A DNA stretch of 63,747 nt, filler included. It is 14 parts of 14 records of this genome, joined end to end, with 100 filler letters (N's around TTAATTAATTAA, not from the genome) between each part and the next. Parts side by side here need not be neighbours in the genome. Positions count along the whole stretch, not along the records: positions 33,932 to 36,558 come from SRR9670534_307; positions 36,659 to 41,976 come from SRR9670534_309; positions 42,077 to 55,874 come from SRR9670534_315; 11 more parts are not named here. One strand, 5' to 3'. Below the pieces are notes generated by a model that was not told the DNA's origin, did no database searches, and was given only the letters and a program-made list of their open reading frames with translations. Below, piece after piece: positions 36,533 to 51,989 of the stretch; position 1 is the first letter of the stretch; every line of letters starts with the position of its first letter. The translations under genes were made by a program, and so were the position numbers.

Positions 36533-37053
36533 AGACAGTAGTAATTAGGTATGTTAGCNNNNNNNNNNNNNNNNNNNNNNNNNNNNNNNNNNNNNNNNNN
36601 NNTTAATTAATTAANNNNNNNNNNNNNNNNNNNNNNNNNNNNNNNNNNNNNNNNNNNNTACTCTCTTAAGCTGTGGCTTACTCTGCAGCAATATTTTCGT
36701 TTTCAACGTACAAAACATTCTAAAACACGCATTTTATTGTACAATAAAATTCAATAATAATAATTATAATAATTTCAAATTTTTATAAAAACATTTAGTA
36801 ATGAATCATTACTAATGATAAGCTAGCTAATTAGCTAAGAGGTAAAGAACATAAAGCAAGGTATTCTATAACAATTTATAAAAAGAGAACAGCTGCTAGC
36901 ACAGGGAAACGTCCACAATATTATTAATAATCAAAATGTATAAAAAAGGCTTATTATTCGGAATAATTATTCCGAATAAGAAAAAGATCCAAAACAAACA
37001 TTAATTTAACAACGTTCTTTAGTAAAAAGTAACTTCAACTACAATAACTAAAG

Positions 37054-40000
37054 TTACTCTCCAAGATGATGCTTAATGGTTAAAGAATCACGTATCATGT
37101 AATCTCTCAAAGACCAAAGGGCCTTCACAGCCTCTGCTCCATTTTCAGGAACATCACTAATGAATCTGCTTCCCATTGATTTCGGATCAGCCCTAATTTT
37201 GACGTTACTTGGAGTCATACTCATCTTCTCACCCCAATTGCTCAAATGTTTAGATCCTGGTTTCAATCCTTCAATGTACCTAAAAACGACACAAATTTAA
37301 TTAAATTGGGACAAACTATAGTCAAAAAACTATAGTCTATAGACAAAAAAATCAAACTTCAAATATGCTTCTGAATGTAATATTCTGGTAGGATTAGCTG
37401 GTTTAAGAAACACAGGCTTAGGTAAAGGCCTATGGATTGGCTGAGGCTGCTCGCCAGATACAGGTGCCATGATAACAGAAGGTGGTTGTTGGACAATTAC
37501 AGCACTTTGTTGAGGAGGTCTGACACTACTTTGAGTAGCCATACTACCTGATGGTACAGTTCCACTGGTGGGCTGCTGCGGTTGTTGCTGCTGAGCATGA
37601 ACAACAACTGGGGTTTGTGCCACAGGTCCTGCAGGTTGAATGTAGACTGGTTGTCCTGTTGCTACTTGTCTTTGATGCATTTGCACCATTTGCTGTTGAG
37701 GCATTTGAACATATGTCTGTTGACGTGGATGATGCTGAGGCATTGGTTGTGGAGAATAAAACATCTGCGGTCGCTGTTGCTGCTGCTGTTGCTGTATAAC
37801 CATTTGATTTGGTGCACCAATTGGTTGCCTCTGAATATATCCCTGTTGTTGAGGACTATGAAGAATTTGCTGTGGTGCTTGTGGAATCTGTTGTGGTCTT
37901 CTTTTAGATGGATGAAAGTTTTGAGATTTTTCATGGGGTAACAATTTCTTGCCACAATTAACCAAATGTGCATCCTTAAGATGTCTAATTAATTTAGCCT
38001 GGTTAATAAAGGGTGGATGATTCCTTTTGACAGGTGAACAGGGATTCCAACAACACAACCATTCTCCATTGGTTTCTTGAAGATGACCAGGTTCATTAAA
38101 AATATGATGAAGCAAATCGACCATATCCTCAAATTGAGCCATGGTATTACACCATTGACATTCAAAGACTATGTTATCATCATGCATCACAGAGTGACCA
38201 GCCACGTACTGACCAGTATTGGGATCAATTTTGCAACCGAAGGCAGCAAAAAGTTCATGTGCCACTTGTTCTGCTGTTTCGCTTTCTATCCGTTGCTGTT
38301 TCTGAGTTTCCCAAATCTCATTTGCTCGTTTTTCGTAAAGTTCCTTTTTCTCTTTATCTAGCTGCTTCCACTAAAAAATTAGTAATCTTTGCGAAAGATT
38401 CAATGTTGTACAAACATTCCTCAAAGCTTACCATTTGGCCAATCAGCCTACTGATTTCTCCAAATCCTAGCTCTGGATGAGATGCCATTACACTTTTCCT
38501 AACATCCCCACAATAAATTATATATCCAGATGGCTTTGACAGCATTTTAGACTTCTTAAAACAGAGGAAGTTAAATGATTTTATCTATCAATTTAACTGA
38601 AAATCAAGTTAATTACTGCTAGCTGCATTTCCTTTATCCTACTGTATGTGAACTGGTAAAATGCAATTAAATACTTAAGCGTAAACAAGCAATATATCGT
38701 CGACAATGGCGTTTCAGTTTGACAAACGCTAATTTGATTTCGCAATGCAACAGTAATATCGTACCTTTGACTTTCCTGACTTGGAGGATGTTTTCTGAGT
38801 TGAGCTAAGGGAATCTACAAAACTTCCGTGTTCTGATGCTGTTTCATTGTCAGAAGCGCCAGCTTCTGAATTATTTCTTTCAGGTGTTCGAGCCACGTGT
38901 GGTGATTGAACATCCTAGAATTTTTAATTAATTTACTCATTTCATAAATGAACTGAACACCCTGCCGATGGGGTTTTTACCTTAATGACATTCAAAGAAT
39001 TCCTAAAAAAGTAGAATTCGTCTTTGAGAACACTGCTTTTTTCAAAATTAACTGCTGGAAATAAGTCATCACCGGTTCCTTCAACAAACTGCCTACTTTT
39101 CTCAATATACTTGGATGTGCATATAAAGATATCTTCTTCGCTAATTTCTGTAGGACGACATTTGCTATATTTATCAAGATGCAACACCATGCATTTACTG
39201 TTAATAGTAGCTATGGGGTTTTCATCACAAATACTACTTCGAAAAACTTCATTTCGGTAAAACACTCTGCTTGATGGATGAACAGTTTCCACAGGTCTGA
39301 CAAACCAAGGGCCATAAAAATAGGCATTTCCATCTCTGGTGAATAATTTTTCAACTCTAGCAATGTACGGATAATCCATATCTGATCTAACATAAACAAA
39401 GTCTCCAAGCTTAATCCTACACCCGGAATAGCAATATTGTAAAATTTCGGATCCTCCGTAAGAATTCGGATCTTTATTAGTGATGGTTTCTGCTATGGGT
39501 TCTATAACTTTGGAAACAACATCCCCTTCTTCGTCAACCTCCATCCCTGAAGAAGTTACAAAGACGCTAGCAATTCTTTCTGGTTTGAGAATTTCGTCAC
39601 GGGGGACTAGTTCCACACCTTCATTCACTGGGACATTCCAATTCTACAAAATATGCGGTTAGATGTCGTACATAATCGCAAATCTTAAAGTACTAACCTT
39701 AATCTTGTTAAATGTTCTGGTCTTGGTTAGATAACGGAATTCGCATACAAAGATATCATCTTCTTCAAAGCCAGTGGGCTTCATTTTCAAATAATCCCTT
39801 ATGAACATTACAAAACAACGTCCCAAGATCTGACTTACATCCACGCTTTCTGTCAAAGTCGTTCTGAAGACTTCTTTCTTCAAAAATTTACGTGTTGGAA
39901 GATGGAAGGTCTCTCTAGGCCGGCAATAAAGAGTCCCCCACATCATTTGTTTTTGGGTGTCTTCATCAATCCATGTTTTCTCAATACAAAAGATTGCCGG

Positions 40001-41904
40001 TTCATCTGCTTCATTCAATTGTTTTACATAAACAAAATCCCCGATGCTATACTTTTCATTTTGAAAGTTAAAACTATCTGAACATTGACTACAAGACAAA
40101 AAATCAGGCGCTTCGGTTGGTGTTTCATCAACCAATGCAGATTCGTTCAATTTTTTAGCAGCTCTTTCATTTTCCATATCTTGGAGGAACTTTTCTTCCG
40201 TGTATTCAAAAGCAGGACTGGAAATGACATTCATGCAAACGGCATTTCTCGTTCGAATGAAACATCTCTGCAACTCCACTGTGTCTTCGTATACTTGAGA
40301 ATCTGTTCTATGCCGTTCTCTGGTGGTTGAAAATAAACGAAACATGTCTTGTTGGAACACATCCAATCGCATGTAACATTTCTTATCTATGTTTCTCTTG
40401 ATTGCTTCCAAGGATAAAATCCTAAACGAAAAAGTCAGAACACGAACTTAAATCCAAAAAAAACCTTGTCTGTTCATCTTGAGATGTGTTGGTTACTTGC
40501 TGGTCAATGGTCACTTCGTGAAGTGAATCAGAGTAACATCGTGCATCTTCATCTTGGTGATTATAAACTGTAACAAAAATCCTAGTTAGAATTTGCTGAA
40601 TAGCTGCAGATACATTTGGAACTCCATCGCTTTCAGCATCAAATATTTCTTGCCTCTTTTCAAGCATAACTTTCTAAATTGACCAAAATTAAGTGCTTGT
40701 TGTTAAATTTACGATTACCTGCAGGGTCAAGGCATCCTTAAATATTAGAGAATCTGGCAAATTGTAAGCATATGCATTCTCGAACATGAGATTAAAATCA
40801 TCTGCTAGTTCGGACAAGGATCCATAAGCATGTGTCGAAATCTTGTATTTGATTTTTGTCATATCAATGGGCCTTTTAATAGTTTGGTAATAATCAGGAT
40901 ATTCTTGCTTGGAAGGCAAGACAAGAAATGCCTCACTCAGGGATCTTCCATTAGCATCAGCAACAGTGAGAATGGCATCGTACAGACTTAGCAGCTTTTC
41001 ATTTGAGAATGAAGTCTTTCTAATTTAGCAAGGCATATGTTTAAAAACTTTATGCATATTTCTCTATTTTCCTTGAAAATTTATGTAAAATTTTAAAATC
41101 GTTTTACAATAGTGTTATTTCAATGAAATTTATGCTTATAATAATTTGCTATAATATTTACTAAATATTAACTTTTAATCATTAATAATAAGAACAAGCT
41201 AATGATTTCAGAAGATAACACGTGACTTAACTAAATCCAAAATGTAAATTAAAAAAATTAAAAAATAAACGAAACAAAAAAAAACTCACCCAGAGTGTAA
41301 TGCAGTTGTGGTAGATGATTTAACAACTTTATAATGTTCCTTCAAAAGGTTTTCCAGTGAAACTGCATCATTATAAATCTGAGAACCTGGTTCATTATAT
41401 TGCTTTGCATTGCTAAACATTAGCATGCAATCATCGTAATAACCTTGCAGATCTTGGTACTAAAATTTGAGGAAAAAAAGATAAGTTGAATTCATCTAAT
41501 AGTACCACAATAGTACCATATTTAAATATGTATACAACCTTTCCAGAATCAATCTTCTTTTGTATACTTTCTAGTGAGATTGGTTTTCTAATGATTTGAA
41601 AATAATCTGGATATTCCTCCCTTGATGGCAAAGTATCGAAGAAATCATGTAAACTCCTTCCAGTGTTGTCTTTGTAACCCAACAATTTTTGACTTAACAT
41701 TTTCAAGCCATCTTTGATTGAGAAACTTGCAGGCTTCTCTATTGGCGTAGAAGACACTTTAGTGCTCACTTTCTTCTTGGTAATAGGATCAACAATGGAC
41801 TTAGCCAGATCAGGATCATTAGCAGCCATTTTATAGATGTCAACCCTTCCACTGGATATTTCCTCGAAGAATTCATTGAGACGCTGTTTCAAAAATGCAG
41901 CGCT
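37054..41904 (-). CDS. PBRM1: Polybromo-1 (BAF180), 3' part: bromodomains, two BAH domains, HMG box, C2H2-like fingers
   Basis: Bromodomains (LPSREEYPDYFQIIRKPISL; PDYYQTIKRPIDM), BAH domains (IGDFVYV...CRPRETFHLPTRKFLKKEVF; LGDFVYVRS), HMG (SGYIIYCGDVRK...FGEISRLIG) and the C-terminus RILHSEAYLK...ALWSLRDYMIRD. Confidence 0.95.
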
Positions 41905-42561
41905 CTAAAAATTATAATTAATTTATTATATAAATTATAATAGAATAAACAGCGTTCCATTCCGTCATTTCGTATGNNNNNNNNNNNNNNNNNNNNNNNN
42001 NNNNNNNNNNNNNNNNNNNNTTAATTAATTAANNNNNNNNNNNNNNNNNNNNNNNNNNNNNNNNNNNNNNNNNNNNTAACAATAATAAAGTTAAAGATTG
42101 ATTGATATCAATTTCAAAAATGTTATCATTACATACCTATTAGGTGCTAATAATTAGCATCTCAATCTTGAAAATGCTATTACCTACCATTGTTATCATG
42201 TACATTACTTGTTTGTTGTAAGTTATATGTAACTTATAACAATACCGATACAATACGTAATACAAAAATGCATACATACCGTAGTTAGGTATGATTTATT
42301 TACTGGTTTTGCAATACCTGCATAGTATGCAGTGCATACCGGGTATAGTATGTAAGTATGTACTTAATTGTTGACAATGACTTGTTATTGTTATTATGTA
42401 TAGGTAGGTATGTAGGTATACCTATTATGTACTATTATCTGCAGGATGTGTTTGGCTATAATGTTGTTGCTGTTTCAAAACCGGTTCTTTACTGATGAGG
42501 TGGCGATCGTCTAACTCATGCTATAAATGCAGACAGATCCCTCAATAAGTTGTTTTTGTAA

Positions 42562-44434
<1,873 letters not shown>

Positions 44435-45147
44435 ATGTATGTACAATATTTTATTTCAATGTATTATTTATTATTTATTAATGTAAGATACATAACGTCA
44501 ATGAATTTTATGTATATATGTTGCTTTAATGTTATTTGTTGTTAATTCATTGAATATGTGCTTATGTATGTATAAATTGAATTTTTATTTTTGCAAAACT
44601 GAATTTACGTATAAGATCGGCTAAGTAATAGTGACATCTTTTTCGAATGTTAATTTGCTTATACATACTTATTACATACTACCTACATTGATACGTACTG
44701 TACATTGTACATTGTTATTTCATTGAGTGTACATTGTACATTCTTTTGTAACATATTAGTACAGTTGTATGTTTTGTACTTGTTTAAACATCGCATTACG
44801 TACAACTATTTGTTACGCCATAGTGCGTACTTTTCGCAGTATTTATGCGCAGAAGCTTCCCAATTTTTGTTGTCTTTTACCTTTACTAACTTAGCTTTTA
44901 TTAGAACTTGGTTGTGATACGTGTAATAAACTACAATACCAATTACAGTCAGTTAAGCTTTAAAAATATTTGATAGTGAATTATAATGAATATAGTAATC
45001 ATAATACTGCTATTGATATTCTCTGTCGATGTACCTTATTAAATATACTGAAAAAAAAAACCAAAATTCAAACAATGCAAAACTTGTACAGTAAGAACAA
45101 TTTTTCGCAAAAGCCTATAAGCACACCAGACTAACATTAAAAAAATT

Positions 45148-48100
45148 TTAATTAAAATAACAAACAAGCATTACATCATGTGATAAAATTGATAGGAATA
45201 CTAAAATAATTGCTAAGCTTGATGATACATTTGCAAGTACAGATGCTGAGATACAAATCTGATATCTTGTTGGTTTTTCTGTTGGCTTATCTACAAAAAA
45301 GAATTGGGAATATACCACTTAATAGTACGTACCAAAAATTAAAAAGTCAATCTAGTTTTATAAAATGTTTAACAATGTAGCAATGTTCTTTATTTTGGTC
45401 CACATTCGGTATCTTGAAGCCATTGATTTTGAATATTTATGAAGTTTTGAAATTGATCCTTCCATTCCACAATATATTCATCTCTCCATTGAAGATAATT
45501 CATAATCCAATCTTTTTGTACATCTTGAATATTTTCCATGCTATTATCTTCCTTTTTTGAAGCAATTTCTTCTGCAATGCACTTTGTTCAATGAAAGAAC
45601 ATGGAAATGGATAAGATCATGCAAGCAACATGATTTTTTCCTTGTATAGCAGAACATTCATGCACATCTTGTCATAGAGTTGTTAGTATTTGAAGAATAT
45701 TTAGGAAATGTTTGATGTTATTAGAAAATGCCAAAAAGACATGCTACATTATTTACCTGGTTTAGTACTACATTGTTATTGCACACCTATGTTATTTTTG
45801 GCAATTGTTTTACATGCTACATACATAGTTATGTATCGATTGTACACACATGCAAAATTGGGACATATCTAGGTTTAAAATCGATACTTACTGTTTATTG
45901 ATTCTATTAGTTGAGGTAAATATGAGCGCCAAAAGGCACAGAACTGTGGTCTTGGGCCATTTTTGACTATTGGCTTTTGTATGGGAGACGTCAGGTTCAG
46001 AAGTAAGTATTCTTTGCCTTCCTTGGTCCGAAGAGGCCAAAACGTATTAGAACCAGCATTTTCTGGACCATTATTGGGATTTCTAAATGTGTCGGTGCTT
46101 TTTATTAAATAATTTGATTCCCTCTAATTGCTGTAATAGTTAGCTACGTCTGTAGTATAACCCTACCCGGTTTTGGCAAAATTTGTCCATAATTGCATCA
46201 TTTTAAGGCTTAAAACCTTTTCTGAGGCAGTGTAGGTTTTGCTGGGATTACTGAGAGGATCACCAAAGAGAAAAAAGATCTCGTCTCCGTGTAAGACCCC
46301 CATCCACTGGGGAAACGTAGAAACACTTGCTCTATGCTCAAAGGTATAATAATAAACATCTAAGTCGTGTTCTACGAAGGCATCTGCCCATGCGACAACT
46401 GGACAAGTGAAATGCAAGTCGCCTGTGGCAAAAGAAAGTTGGACCATGTTGGAATAACTGTCATTTGGCGACACCCAATTGGTGTATTGGAAGATAATTG
46501 CATTAATGCCATAATCGCTTAAAACAGCGTCAATGTCTGTTTCGGTATACAGTGGAAACCAATGGAACCAAGAATGGATATGACGTTTGAATTCTGCATA
46601 GCTGATGGTGCAGCAGCTGGATAAAGGGTCTGTAATTCTACAGGATTCTTCTCTAATAGTTTGATCCAAGCAGGATTGCCCATCTTCGGCAACGTAGCCT
46701 TGTTCATCAAAGTAGGATAAGTAGTAGGGCATAAAGAAAGAGCCCTCATCTGCGTTATTGCCCAAAAGTATAGGTACCTTATTAAAATCACCATCCTCAA
46801 GTGCCTCTTCTGGGAGCTTTTTCAGGAAATACATGTCTTTCACTGGTGCAAATGGAAACACTGCGTAATTGTATGCGCAAGTCCACCATTGGGCACTGTC
46901 CACTTCTGCTGCTGGAATTGTTTTCAAGCATGCAACTGTTTCTTCCTTGCTTAGTGGCACACCTTCAGGACCCGAACATCCCAAATAGGCAGCTAAGACT
47001 TCTGCCCTTCTGATTGCTTCCTTTTCTTCCACCAATGCCCAGGGTGAAAGGGCGGAACTACTTTGCATAATTGCCCTCTTAAAATAGTTCTTGCTTTCTG
47101 ATGACAATAAATGGAAGGCAACACTTGCGCTTCCTGCACTTTCACCAAATATTGTCACATCATTCTTATTACCACCAAAATGGTGGATATTTGCGTTAAC
47201 CTAAACAATTTGAAAACATTGTTATAAATAACGTACACATTATTATTATTATTGATTGTTATTGTTCTTGTGTTATACATAGTAAAGGATTTGAGTCTCA
47301 TCTGGGCAGTTGCTCCAAGCTAACCCCTGGGGATACACATACTATTACTAACTTTCTTTAAAACATGAAATACACACTTGTAATCATTTACAACATCAAA
47401 GGATCAAAAGTCACTTCACTTTGCGTATACAAAATTCAAATTTGTACAAGTTATTATTTTTATTTCATTATTGATTTTTAATTTTTTTTTCGATGTACAT
47501 AATATGTGCTACATATAATTATATTAGTAATGTTTAGAAATTGTTTTAATTTTAATTTTTAACAATAAAATTTTAAAATGAAAAGTAGCCTTAAATTCAC
47601 TAAAGTTCCTGTCAATTAAGTCTTTCAAGTTAAAATGATTTCTATAATATTATTAATAAGTTATTATAACTTATCAATAATACTACAGTAATCTAAAAAT
47701 GTAACTACTTATTGATAACTAGTATATAAACATCTTACTACTGAGTTACTTAGATTGTTAGCATCGTGAATAACAAATTTTAAACAATATTTTATAGCTG
47801 CGGTTTCTTTGATTTTTGAGTCTGATTTATCACTACATACTTAGATTTACCACTTATAAAATTTAGAACTTTTTGAGAGCATTAGATACAGGTGGCATCA
47901 TATGGTATAATATTATTATAATAAACATGTGTTAATTTGTATTATTGGTACCAATTAAACAAATCTCTGAGTCTTACCCACTTAAGCGCTAGTAATTGAT
48001 CATACAACCCCTGATTGCCTGGTGCTTCGTCTGTTCCCAGATACAAAAACCCAAGAGGTCCAACTCTGTAATTCATGCTAACTATTATAATATCATTCAA

Positions 48101-48598
48101 GCCTGCCAAGTACGTCCCATCGTACATGTACAACGTGGAACTTCCATAATAATAGCCTCCACCATAGATCCATACCATAACAGGTGAAAATGAGGGTTTG
48201 GGATGTGGCACATAGACATTTAGATATAGGCAGTCCTCACTTTGCACTGTATTATTGTTCCAAGCAAGAATTTCAGTCAAATTAAAAAACAAATCTTGAC
48301 TTTGAATGCAAGATTTGGGCTTTTTGGTGGCATTGAATATTCCAGACCATTTGTCCACTGGCTGAGAAATTTTAAATCTAAGATCACCAAGAGGAGGTCG
48401 CCCAAACGGAATACCTAAATATGTATCAACATTGATTCTCTTTTGATCTTGCATAGAAATGGTCTTTCTTAAACCACGAATAAAGCCATCTTCGATTTTT
48501 AATGGTTCTGTCAATTCTTCAGCCACAATTGTCAGTTCACAAGGCCCAAACAATATGCCGCAAAGCACAACAAGAACTTTAATTACAGAATCCAACAT
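45148..48598 (-). CDS. ACHE: Acetylcholinesterase with two alternative 3' exons
   Basis: Signal peptide, SEDCLYLNV, WIYGGG, FGESAG (Ser), NADEG (Glu), WMGVLHGDE (His), CAFW. Exons 48598-47978, 47200-~46167 and ~46082-45892, then either 45571-45390 (WAT) or 45290-45148 (hydrophobic). Confidence 0.92.
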
Positions 48599-51500
48599 TC
48601 GCACCACTCAATTCTCACCCCTTGTAATTAATAAGAATGCTAACAATAAGAATGGGTTTATTATTATAAATGATTAAAATTCAGGAACTCTACTCGTACT
48701 CTGGCCGTAGGTACCAATTTATTAATAATAAGCAACCACACAAAAAATTTGTTTTATTATTAATAATAAAAATAATGCCTAGATTACTTATCGTTACCAC
48801 GCAAAGACATGCTAATTAATAATATATTGAAATAATATTAATTCTATATATTTATTAGATTTTTATCATTTATTATTACTATTTATTAATAACATAACAA
48901 TTTTAAGAAATAAAAAGTACTTGATGTTGCTAACATTAGTAGATATATCAATTAATAACAATTATCAACGATTAATACCAATTATTACTATCTATTAATA
49001 TTTTTAATTTTTTAAATATTATTACTAATTTTACCAATAATATTTTCAATTTTAGAATATTTAGAATTTTAAAAAGTTTGGAGATTTTTAAAATCTTTTA
49101 GAACTTTTGAGGTGCTGCTGCGTTGCAGCAAAACAAAAGAAAGAACATAAGATAATAATCATGATAATCAAACGACATAACAAACTATATCCCATTGAAA
49201 TGACATTATATACAAATTATCAAATTAATCAGGCAGCATTATGAGACATGCGATGTTGTACATAATTCATCAACTAAGTTTTTATTATAATCAATTTGCC
49301 TACAGTAAATTGAAAAATGAGGATAATAATAATAATTACTACAGCTTTACTTGACACTACCGTATATTCATTTCTAAAGTTGCCACTGATGTAGTACACA
49401 CGGACCATCCCTCCGCCCATATTAATAATATATACTGTACGCAAATATATAAGTTATATATAGCATCCAATGTGGCTGCTTTTAAAATCAATCTATACCA
49501 AAGTTACAGTCAGAGCTGACGTAAGTTATCGTCGAGAGTGCCTGTTGCAAGTGACCAATGAATGTTCCAACATATCAATAATGGCACCAATGAAGTTTTC
49601 TTCAAGCAAGGTAAAAATGTTTGAATACCTGTACGCAAGTATAATGGCCAGCCCCGTTATTATTAATAATATCAACAATCAATAAACAGGCATAATAATT
49701 AGAGTGAGCCCTTCTTTTCCCAATGAACACATGATGGTTATGACAACAATAAATTAATAATGATATTAATTTAGTTGTGTATCATCCTTCCTACTAAATA
49801 ATTTGTTATGGGAATAACAAATACATGGGCTTACACACAAAAAATGTAAAGCAGCTGCCATGAAGAACCAATTGAATGAAGTTATGGCGATACTGATGGA
49901 CCAGTTTGTTAATCAACACTAGAAAGAAAAAGTTGCGACCTTTTAATAATAAAATAATAAAGAGGAATGTTGTTGACCATATGTACTTAGTGACGTCACT
50001 AATAATAGTTTGAACGTTAAAGCTATACTTCAGAAGAAGCGAATTTTGACAATGATACATCAATTATTAAGTGAAAATATTACAAACCACGTTTTTTCCC
50101 CTTTATTTATTCATTTTAGTACTTGACATTAGAAGCTATATCAATAATGAAATAGTTTTACTGACATTGAAAAAGCATTCTTAAGTGGCAACTATAGCGA
50201 AAATATTCATTTGTCATAAATTTAAAAGTGTGTAAATCTTTTGATAAAATGTTATTGTTATTAATAATAATAATATTAATCTTGCATCCCCATTGACAAA
50301 ATTAGTATAATCATGAAACATAAAATGGTTGTATTTAGTCAATTAAGTGGAATTGTTCAGTGACTTGTGGAAATTCCATGCTATATAATATTTATTTTCT
50401 GCAATTACGTTATCACACATAAATTTTATCATGAAATTTAAGAAATTTTTAAGTGAAATCTTTTTCATTTTTATGCTACTGTTAGTTTTTGTCCCATATT
50501 TTATAAAAGTTTTTAAAAAATTTGAAACAAGTTTTTAAAAAATTTGTACTATTTCTAACCATAAAAAACTTTTAACAAAAAATGGATACATCTTTGCAGT
50601 ATCTTGTTATTTTTAAACTTAGCAGTGTTGTTTCAGCTGTATCTTTATTTCATCAACTTCTGAACAAACTTTTTCTATTTAACCTAGATGGAACAACCAC
50701 CATTTAATGGTAATGATTACCATTATCGAACATTATTATTATTAATAACAGTAATTGTTTATGTTTATCAAGGTGCAGAAAGTTAAACATTTTTATTAAC
50801 AAATGATCATGCAAACAAACGTCAATTCCAAAGGACATAATGTACATTAGCAAAATTAATAATATTAAATGACATTTGCATCTAATTGAAATTGCAAATT
50901 CCGACAGTAAGCTGCCACACCTTTTTCAACTTGACAAGATGAAAGGTAGACGGTAATTTTGTTTGTAGTAAAATTAAAAGTGATTAGGTTTGCTGTAGGA
51001 TCACTGTGGTCCGACCACACGTGTTTGTATATTTGGTACTCTGAACACACTAGCATGTATTAGTAATTGTGTGTTCAGGCCCTGAACTTCAGGGTACCAA
51101 ATATACAATATACGTCGTATTACGTATTACGGTTATGACGTCGTCAGGACCTAGCCAACGCCTAAGTATGTACGCAACATATTTACTTACGCACAAATTC
51201 AGGCTTAGATCATCGTTCTTAAAAGCATATCAATCTTGAAGCATATGACCATCCATGCTACGTAGGGTTATCATACTATCCATCAACTATAGATTTCTTC
51301 AATTTGAAAAGACCACCTCAAAAATTTCTATGATTGTAAGTTTCAACTTGTAACTTTAATAATTAAGTATGTACAAATCACGAAATGACCAATTAAATTA
51401 ATCTAATGCAAAGTATTGATAAAATTGCCTAAATTTTATAAGCATTACATAACTTTTATCCAAATACTATTACAAATTTTAATTTACACCAAATACTATT

Positions 51501-51989
51501 ACAAATTTTAATTTACAATTAACTTTTAAATTAGAACTCATATTTGCAAATATATTTTAAATCTGCTACATAAAATATAGTAATGTAATATTGTATACTA
51601 TATATAGAATTACTATAGTATACTAAGTATATTAAATGTACATATTTAACATATTTGCAAATATGAAATATAGGTTCATAATTAAAGTAATTCAAATATT
51701 TTTATTCCAGATTTCGAAATGGATACATTTCAAAAAAATTATTTTTCGTATGCAGCATTGCGGATGTGTATAGATACAAAATTTGAAAATGTACAATGGT
51801 TACAAAAATATTTAGCAAGGATTGTAATAAGTAGCGAAACTTGTTCTAAGTAAGCCCAAACTACCACAGGTAATACTTTTAAAATAATAATGTCTATAAA
51901 TCAAATACATCTTATTCTAGGAAGTAGTTTAAACAGAAATTATTAAAAATAAAATACAGCAACATTATTTAATAATAATTTAACTGTTG

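Larger units (their letters stand above)
33932..36558 (-). mobile_element. Ty3/Gypsy LTR retrotransposon, 5' internal part (LTR end, PBS, gag, start of pol)
   Basis: The whole contig comprises gag, an aspartic protease and a pre-RT segment, with a candidate LTR end and PBS upstream. Confidence 0.85.

Noticed and set aside
49470-50063. Short ORFs upstream of AChE
   Set aside because: No recognisable domains or consistent exon chain; probably UTR or regulatory DNA.
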